Assembly: GCA_964199315.1 (NCBI GenBank)
Contig: OZ116702.1
Span: forward strand, 15,810,001-15,874,000
Reading direction: 5' to 3'
DNA length: 64,000 nucleotides
Origin: Orbicella franksi
Lineage: Eukaryota
Translations under genes and position numbers: made by a program
Part shown: in pieces, positions 55,521 through 64,000 of the stretch
Layout of the letters: each line of letters begins with the position of its first letter
Numbering within the stretch: position 1 is the stretch's first letter
The notes under the pieces: model-generated
The model's input: the letters and a program-made list of their open reading frames with translations, nothing else
What the model was told of the DNA's origin: nothing
Database searches by the model: none

Positions 55521-56495
55521 TTGTACAAATTTGATGCGGCAAAACCATGGCAACATTTTAAGGAAGGTCATCCCGTTGCAAGTTCAGTGGAAAGAGGGAG
55601 AAGAAAATTGAACTCTAACAAGTTAAAAAGGGTCTACCTGCCAAAGAAAAAAGCGTGGACAAGACGTAAAAATGGAGGTTTTAAAGACTTGTACCAGTTG
55701 GAATTCACATGCTGCGACAGTGGTTGTCTCTTAAAAGAAGGCTTATACAATATTAGAAGCATTGCACGACAGCAAAGAAACTTGCTATACCAGAAATGTT
55801 ATAATGAACAGAACTACCTTTTGTCAAAGCTCATGGAATTGAAACTGACATTCAGTGGCGTACGGAAAATTTCGTATCATGTACCATCGCTCGGAAAAGT
55901 TTGCAAGACTGCGTTCCGGAAAGTATACGGCATTTCTAAGAGCAAAATTGAAGTTTTGCTTAAAAAGATCGACCAAGACGGGTTGTTCATAGAACCAGAC
56001 AAAAGGGGACAGAAGACTCCTCGGAAACTTCTACCCGAAGCGAGAGATGCTGTCATGGACTTCATATTATCTTACGAGATTACAGAATCACACTATCGGA
56101 GAGCAAGAAGTGGGTGCAAGAAATATTTTGATTCTAACTATTTATTTCGATGCGCCAAATGTGGTCTGAATTCGTCCGTGAACACCCTAATTTAACGACA
56201 ACCAGCTTAAAAAACAAAAATAGTGGACCTGTAATTAGTTTTTCAACTTTTAGAAATATATTTAACAGGGAACTGAAAGACGTTTTAAGTTTTAGAAAGT
56301 TTAGGGTTGATACAAGAGTGTGACAAATGTAAGAACAGGCTTGACAACCTACGATCGTTGAACAATCGATCTAGCAAGCAAGACGACGAAATTCGTGACC
56401 TGATAACTCGTCGGAGCCTACACCTTCGAGAAAGCGAGGTCAGATTTGCGTCCTTGAGATATGATGTCGCAGTTCTAGCTAAAAAAGTGTATTGA
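55521..56495 (+). pseudogene. N-terminal half of the same transposase type, frameshifted
   Basis: VCKTAFRKVYGIS, DKRG, ESHYRR, FRNIFN, VDT.ECD and HLRESE. Confidence 0.65.
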
Positions 56496-57420
56496 ATGTA
56501 GTGAGATAGCTCGGATGAGGAGTTTATCGGAGTTCACAAAATAAACAGGAACAAAAAAAATGTAGATTGTTGTATTGTTAAGTTTTTTCCCAAAAATAAC
56601 CAGAAACTGAAAATGCTTGAAATTTATTACAAAACCGATCGGATCTCGGTGAAAAATGGGTAAGGGCTCTTTTTGACTGGATATGTCGTATACGAGCACA
56701 CTGACAAGAATCAACATCTGAAGACGTTGTCAGATGTGATACTGTCAAACAAACCGCAACTCTTTAAACAATGTGTGGCCATAAATTTACTTTGACTTTT
56801 ATGCAGAATGCCCGGGGGGTAATGGGCCGGACGTCCATAAATTACTTACAAGTAATTAGTCAACAAGAATTGCAAGCTTGGTTAAGAGGGGATTTATTAC
56901 GCAACTGAAAATGTTCAGAAAAATGCCACGATCACAAACTGGGGAGACATTGCAAACTTCAAACGCGCAATTCTGACCGGAAGCCGACTAGTCGCATACT
57001 CGCGCCTGATGTTAAACAAAACAGAAGGGAAAGAGAGTTGGAAACAAAATAAAAGGAGTGTCTCGTGTGATCAAAGCAAGTTCTTTCAGAAACGCCATTA
57101 ACACTAACAAAAATCTTTAACAGTAATCGTGCGGGATCATCCTAGACACGGCCGGGTCCAATACTTAAAGAATATTGTTCCAGCAATGAAGCAATCTGAT
57201 TGGCTGATTTGACTTCCTAGCCCTCTAAATTAACTTGGGGCTGAAATATAAACTAGCTATGTAACGCTTTCTCTTGGTATACATTGGAATATCCCACTTG
57301 TATTCACTTGGCATATATACCAAGAAAATACAAGTGACAATAGAGAAAACGCTGCATAAGCGTTGCGTGGGAAAGGATACCCCTTATTCCCTCCCCGTTT
57401 ACACCTGGTATGCAGGATAC

Positions 57421-58290
57421 GAATGAATGAATGAATGCTTTATTTAACGTGGATATACGCTTAGCTTGAGAGCTAGTTTACAGGTGTTCCACCTAATAAC
57501 TAATGAGAACCTAACAACTAAACAACGATAATATCACAATTCATCAGGTGAAAATCACAAATTAAATACTGATTAAAACTATTCAAAACTATTATTACAA
57601 TATTACCGCCGCAGTCAAAATACTATTAAAACTAATGTCACAAATGTACTAATCCCCGAAATTTAGCGATCTAATTCTGTTCACTATTTCATTGGTGCCT
57701 ACTTTAATTCTAATGTCATTTGATAGTTCATTCCATTTCTTGGCTCCAAAATATCTCAATGACTTGAGTCCATATATGGTAGTGTTAACTTTAGGTAAAG
57801 ATAAAACATATTCTTGGCGCCGGAGATTGTACTTAAATGAGCGTAAATTAATAAAGTTCCTAATTGCCCGTGGTGCTTTGTTCGATATGCTATTATGTAT
57901 TGTCAATAACATGTCTTGAATTCTTCGAGATTCCATGGAGGGTAGTCTTATCCTGTCCAAGAGATGCTGATAGGATGCATGTTTATCATTATAGACATAT
58001 CTCAACGCCCTTTCGTTGACTTTTTCGATTTTTGTAGTGTTTCTTTTCCCGCAATGGTGCCAAACTTGGTGGCAGTAATAAAAATTAGGTAGTATGAACG
58101 AACGATATAACGATTCCTTGGTTTTAAGTGGTAAAATGTTTTTCAGTCTATTAAGGGCGTTTATTTGAGCACTCACTTAAGTAAGGCAAATACTCGATAC
58201 AAGATCGTCAAATTTTAGCTTACTGTCAAGTACAACCCCCAAGAGGTTAGTCGTTTCTGTGGTCCTAATATCAATATTCCCGATTTAAGG
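57421..58290 (-). mobile_element. 5'-truncated L2/CR1-group LINE with a microsatellite tail
   Basis: LLGVVLDSKLNF, LYRSFILPNFYYCHQVW, KIEKVNERALRYV and FGAKKWNEL. (CATT)n tail at 57421-57437. Confidence 0.85.
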
Positions 58291-58694
58291 AGTAGCTGTT
58301 CTTCTGTTCTATATATATACATGGCTTATCGTTATAAGAATATTAAAAATACCAGTACAGCAAAAAAATAATGTTTTCAGTGACAATGCAGCAAAAGCAA
58401 CAAAAAAGAAATACCACAATGTACAGAAAACAAAAATTAATTTTTATACCAAAAACATTCCAAAGCAAACAAAGTATGGTATTATTATCCAAAAAACTCT
58501 GGAAACACATCCATGTCTACAATAAGGAAAAGAATAGAAGCAATGTCAATAATAACGACTAATAAATGGCTTATAGCACTAGCTAGCACAACGAAAAGGC
58601 CAAAAATACTCCAATACTTCTCATAAACACTACTATTAATCTACACTTAGCCAAGTCTTGCCATTATCTTAAATATTCCTCTTTTTTAGTGAAA

Positions 58695-59826
58695 GGTCAT
58701 ATTTTAGCATGCGAAACAGCCTTTCGGTAATAGATCAAGAGTTTATTACAAGCAATTTCTGCTCTAGCCACTGATACATTGACGATAATTATACCTGATG
58801 TTTTGAAAACCAGGTCTGAACAGCCCAATAACAGCTGGTGCCTAATAGAGTCATGTAAGCAGTGCTTACCAAGTTCCGCACTCCACACTTCATCTAGTGC
58901 AAAAAGGAAATGACACTAGAATCTCTGGGCCACCTGTGGATGAATTCAGGCTTAACTGTCATCATATCAGATAAAAGCTTTTTGCAAGCATAACTTAATG
59001 ACAGCAAACTAAAGTGCCTTGAAATCTCCCCCTCCCCCCGGGGGTCAGGTACCCCTCCGCACATATCAGCTCCCCCCTCACGACAATAATGGAACCTTCT
59101 GCCAAGGCAATAAACCCACTCAGCTTTGGGAAATTCCGTGCACTTTTAGGATTGTGTCACGTCGGACAGCTAAGTACATACCCAGCCGTCAGACTGACTT
59201 GAGACTATGGACACAAGTTCAAACTGACCCCACCCCCCCTAGATTAAGGGCCAGGGACCCCAAAGAGGTATCCACAATTAGCCACACTCCTGTAGATGTC
59301 TCCAGATGCCTCCCTGGAAAACAATGTGCTACGCTAAACTGAAATCGATGCCTGCGGCATCGATTTCAGCTCGCATACCTTCGATTTCGCTCGCATACCT
59401 TAAAGGTATGCGTTTTTCAAAACTTCAAGGAAAAGTGCAATTGTAATGGCTCTATGTTTCCAGGTCATGCATTTTCTGTAAAACAACATGTCCTTTTGCA
59501 CTCAGATTAAGTCACTGTCTGAGCCCATGTAGGGTTGACCTGCCCGTGGGCTTGGAGAGGTAAGATCAGTACATTATAGCAACCCTGTTGTGCTTACAAA
59601 ATTTACCTTTGGCTTCAACTTTATAACAAAGCAGTTTGATTTTGACAGTGTGGCATGTTTATGATCTACAGCCCCTACCTTCATCTAGAAAAACCAAACT
59701 CAAATTGAAAATGAAAACAAGAAAATCCAAAAGAGTATTAATCAAGTCAAACTGGTTTGAAAAGTTTACCAACAAAAATAACTTCACAGCACAATTAACA
59801 GACCCCTTTTTCAAAACTGCAGGTAG
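58695..59826 (+). repeat. Second copy of the 46.6-47.7 kb modular repeat
   Basis: Near-identical to about 46590-47722, including the hairpin at 59339-59369. Confidence 0.85.
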
Positions 59827-60898
59827 ACATATTAAGATGGTCTTAATATGTTCTTTGAATTTGTTTCAGAAATACTACATATAATATGTTATTAAACTTT
59901 TAGTTGGCATATTTTGTTATAATTAAATAAATAAACAAATAAATAAATGAGTAAGTAAACAAATCAGTAACTCAATAAATAAAATAACAGTCTGTCAGGT
60001 AGTAAACTAGTTAACATTAACGAGTAGAATTGCAACATTAGTTTTTGTTAGTTTTGAAACGCCGATCGTTTATCAACTTCCTATGCAACTTCCTACTGAT
60101 TTATTATCAGTTATTGTTCAAGCCAAGTACGTGATTTCAAAATCAAAGCTTTCATAAAATGGTGATTTTCACACGTATGTAAATGTTCTAGAAATTTTGC
60201 CGCTAGGAAGTTGTCTTTATTGTGGGCGCCACGTTTCTCACAACGCTCTAGTTTTTTCACGTAGCATAGGCAATAAAAGACGACGCGCAACTTCTTTTAG
60301 TCAGAGATTGTTAGTGAAGTTATACCGCTACCGTGCTACGATCAGAGGATCCAAGTTACCGCTCCTTCAAGTTGAATCTACCAAGTGGAGTTCGAATATC
60401 TCGCACCGCGCTACCCCTGTAGTTGTTTATGATTTGAGTAAGGGCAACCTCAAGAATCTTTACAATTACAGTTTTAACATTTTTTAAATATTACTTACAA
60501 CCATACTAACTCAACCGGGCCACCATTGTCTAGCAGTAACCATAGTTACATTGCTTTCTTATTCCGACACCCTGTCCCTTATTATATCAGAACATGTTTT
60601 ATTTGCTGAAGTGGTTCTTATATTTATGGTTTTTTATGGGCCAAATTTCAGCCTGATGTTCTTAATCTATTTGTTTTTGTATGCGGGTGCTCACTGTAGT
60701 TTCGATCGTACCTTTTCAGTATGCCTCGACGGCTAACAGGGCTCGTTCGGTCTCGCCGTGAGTATTTTGGCACGCCAGCGCACCAAGCAACCGACGGTTC
60801 ATTGACTACGTTATGTGACGACAATTTACATTTTGATGTGAAGTATATATGAAATAATAAGATATGAACTCAATTAATTGACCTCGCTCCTAATGTGT

Positions 60899-60941
60899 GG
60901 CTTCATACTGAGCTCAGTTGGAAGAGCATCGCGCCGGTATT

Positions 60942-60974
<33 letters not shown>

Positions 60975-60975
60975 T
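60899..60975 (+). ncRNA. tRNA-Thr(GGT)-like SINE head / pseudo-tRNA with a 4-nt insertion
   Basis: Cloverleaf with A and B boxes. Flanks are shared with the copy at 61562 (AATTGACCTCGCTCC upstream; TGATTTTTTCAGGCTTC downstream). Confidence 0.75.
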
Positions 60976-61561
60976 TGATTTTTTCAGGCTTCTTCTTTCC
61001 AATTGCTTAAATTAATAAAATTTTCGACAGTTTCTTGCAACAGTATTTTAGCGCGGCTTGCGCTCATTTAGGCCTGCTCACTGGCTTCGTGATCGCGATC
61101 ATTGTCGAGTTCATCCAGCAATTTTTCTTGATTGTAAAACGAACCCTTTGCCGCTTTCCGCTAATTTAGCGGCCCACTCTTTGTCGAAAGTGTTTTTCGC
61201 CTTCTTTGGCCTTCCTTCAGCCGATGAAAACGTGCAAGATCGCTCTGTCTTCCTCGAAGACAACCGGCACTGACTATGGCGCGCGAATCGCGTGTCAACT
61301 CAGCATGATCTTGATGTCATGTGACTTCTTGCCTCGATAATTAATTCATTTGACAGAACTTGTCAACTCTCAATTAAGTAATTAATATGCAAAAAATCTT
61401 TCTCGCGCAATAACTAGCGGCAGATATAAGATTTTTTCGTGGAGTTTTTTTTATCTTAAAGATTACTTTAAGATTTATCCAACCGCTTAAAAAAGTAAAA
61501 TTATGCAAAATTGCAAATTTTCCCCTTACTGATACCTTAATTGACCTCGCTCCCAATGTGT

Positions 61562-61634
61562 GGCTTCGTAGCTCAGTTGGTAGAGCATTGCACCGGTATT
61601 GCGGATGTCACCGGTTCGAATCCCGTCGAAGCCT
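61562..61634 (+). ncRNA. tRNA-Thr(GGT)-like SINE head / pseudo-tRNA
   Basis: GGCTTCG/CGAAGCC acceptor stem, GCTC/GAGC D-arm, anticodon loop CCGGTAT, TTCGAAT T-loop with one stem mismatch, then oligo-T. Confidence 0.8.
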
Positions 61635-61704
61635 TGATTTTTTTCAGGCTTCTTTCCAATTGCTTAAATTGGAAAATTTACTGCGATGATCATCCTTCAC
61701 TTTC

Positions 61705-62430
61705 AATTTAAATTTTGCTGTATAATGAGCTCTTTCTTCAGTTAATGGGAATTTTTTAAACGCATTCCATAAACAGGATATTCTCTTAGTGACACAGGAT
61801 TAATTTTGTAATTCGTGAAATTACAAATCAGCGATGCAATTTCGCGTAAACAATTTTAAAAAGAATAATTTTTCGTTCATTGCCAAAAACCCATTTGCAC
61901 AGAAAGTAAAAGTTAAAAAGGTTTTATTATTAATCTGCGCCGGGCCATTTATCATTTTTGGCAGCAAATTGCAAGACCTTAGGTCAGGCAAACCGAGAAA
62001 CGACATCTTACCCGCAACTACTTCTCTGGCCTTCTTTCGATTGCACAATTTGCTGATACAACAATTGTGCAACTTGTCGCGCGCTCATTGGCTAATTTTT
62101 TTATAGTCAGTTAGAGGGAAAGGTACATGAAATTTGCCAGAATACTTACAGGGTGGCCAGCACAGTAAAAAATTTGGAACGAATAAAAGATAATTATTCC
62201 CGCGACGCGTTTCTTTTTCTGTGGCGACCATTTTGAACGGTTGGAGGTCTGGAGCTTTACAATACGTATGACAATTCTCGGAACACTGATCGCGTACCGT
62301 TAAGGTTTTGTAAGAACTAGCTCTCGAAAGGTTTTTCTATTTCGAAAATCGCACCAGACGACCGCTAACTTAAAATTGAAATCAGCTGCCACGAAGCAAT
62401 GACCTGTCGATCTGTAATTAGTCCTATTAA
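61705..62430 (+). repeat. Interspersed repeat of about 750 bp, copy 2
   Basis: Collinear with 40520-41310. Confidence 0.8.
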
Positions 62431-64000
62431 GAGTGCCTGCCTGTAAAAATCAGACAAATTGTTAATTTCGCGGCAAGGGTCGAAAATTCAATTTCGCTCA
62501 TTTTCTTATGGTAGATAGGCTAGGGCATGACAAAAACTACTGGATAGTTTTTTGGCAAAATATCCTTTTATTTCAAAGAAATATGCAAATTACCAATCTC
62601 CGTTGAAATCGTCATTTGACGCACCATTTTATTAAGCAAGTTTGAGAGCCTCGCATGCAAAACCACATCATTCTTCCGTCTTTAAAACACTCAAATATTT
62701 TTGTGCAATGTTTAAATGTGTATTGGGTTGATTTTAGGGAATGTTGCGTTGTCTTTTTGGGTGCAAAATAATTAAATTTCGAAGACATGTATTTCATTCA
62801 CTTAAAAGTACTTCGTGAATATAGTTAATTTTCACCCTGTGCGAAACCTTCAAATGGATTAAGCTTCTGGTGGTTGAATCGCCGAGGGATGGTCTACGGA
62901 TTCCAGTAAAAATTTCTTTGGGCAAATGATTGTGAGCGACGCGAGAACTTTTCAAAGCACGTCAAAAATGCAAATATTTGACCATTCGTCGTCAACTTCA
63001 ATTTACGGGTTAGACGTATATTTTAACATGCGCCACACGACTTGACCTATAATAAGTTGAAATAGACACAGAGCTGATAATTTCGAAACGTTCTAACCTT
63101 ATTTGTTGTAAAAGGCAGGTCCAAAGCCGACTTGACGTGTTTCTAGTCGATCTCTCACAACTCGTCGCACATAAAGCAGAAGTTTGCTTTTGTTTACACA
63201 AGGTTAACGTCCGATGTACATCGCCTACTGTCAACCTATTATTGGTCGAATACCATGAATCTGTGACCATCTTTCTGCGCATATCAACATCATTGCATCT
63301 AAGTCAAAAACGGCTGAATCATTTGTAGATAGTTGCTTGCTTTGCACTGCGCCAAAATATTAAGTTTCATCGATTGCTGACAATTGCTGACAATCGTGTC
63401 GGCGCAGCACAATCTTACAGCCGTTATTTGTTCGTCACGCAATGCTGTCACGGTTTATGCTGCACATTTTGATCATCTATTTTGCATAGAGCACTCTCAG
63501 GATAAGTGAAACAATTTAATCATTGTTCATCTGTTTGTTCATATATATAATAATATTTGTATATTTATATATTCGTATTCTATAGTGTACGTGGCCTCGG
63601 TCCAAATCACGTTTGTTGTACGTTCTGATGTTTCAGACAACAGCTGATAAAACTAGTGCCTGTACTCATTAGAATTTTAAAAAAATCGCCATACACAAAT
63701 TATAGATCAATGAAGCAAGAACTAGCTGAAATAAAAATAGGAAATGACGTGTCTAATTCGTGAGAAAAACAGACTAAATTTAATTAGTAATTACGTGAGT
63801 AAATAGCCCTAGCCATGCCATTTTATTTCGCGTATTTTGTTTCCTTAGTGGCGAGGCATTGGTATGTTTGTAACAGAGAACAGAGGACTGTTGTCAATAC
63901 AGTCCAAAATTATTGTCAGTAAAATATTGTAAATAAAACACCTATTGACCGGTTACCTCCGCGGCCACCATTTGGTCGTTCCGACAAGGGTTTCATCATT

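Noticed and set aside
61562-61634. Functional tRNA-Thr gene
   Set aside because: Atypical GGT anticodon, a T-stem mismatch, and flanks shared with a damaged second copy point to a SINE-like repeat.
63010-63430. Possible THAP-like or transposon coding remnant on the minus strand
   Set aside because: Only scattered Cys/Trp residues with several stops; the motif spacing is not convincing.

Overview
Eukaryotic genomic DNA with spliceosomal introns, many transposons and one assembly gap. The host is most likely a cnidarian such as a stony coral; this is inferred from gene and repeat content. Bases 1 to about 13,131 are the right part of a GC-rich Polinton/Maverick (beta-adintovirus-like) endogenous virus. 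It carries a packaging ATPase, small basic proteins with QxGG/QxGxG motifs, a parvovirus-type phospholipase A2, and a protein-primed PolB broken by a deletion. It ends in ACTACT. Inside it is a divergent cassette (5.8-8.9 kb) that the ORF track hides. In-phase splice sites predict a leftward RING gene with two alternative paralogous C-terminal domains. They also predict a rightward unit in which one 19-codon leader either reads through into a RING domain or splices to any of three paralogous exons that each start with an F-box-like motif. This is my best candidate for an undescribed system. About 13.6-23.6 kb is a second, AT-rich, decayed Polinton of a different (alpha-like) lineage. It has major and minor capsid genes, an amphipathic protein, an ATPase, a fibre-like gene, a VLTF3-like gene and an internally deleted pPolB. 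The rest is host DNA with an Ig-TM-TIR (IL-1R-like) receptor gene, a Crypton-type tyrosine recombinase element and related hairpin-ended elements, L1/Tx1 and L2/CR1 fragments, Harbinger fragments, MITEs, a SET-domain pseudogene, a DDE transposase split into divergent halves, tRNA-Thr(GGT)-like SINE heads and tandem repeats. There are no CRISPR arrays or rRNA genes. All homology calls come from reading motifs by eye; no searches were run.
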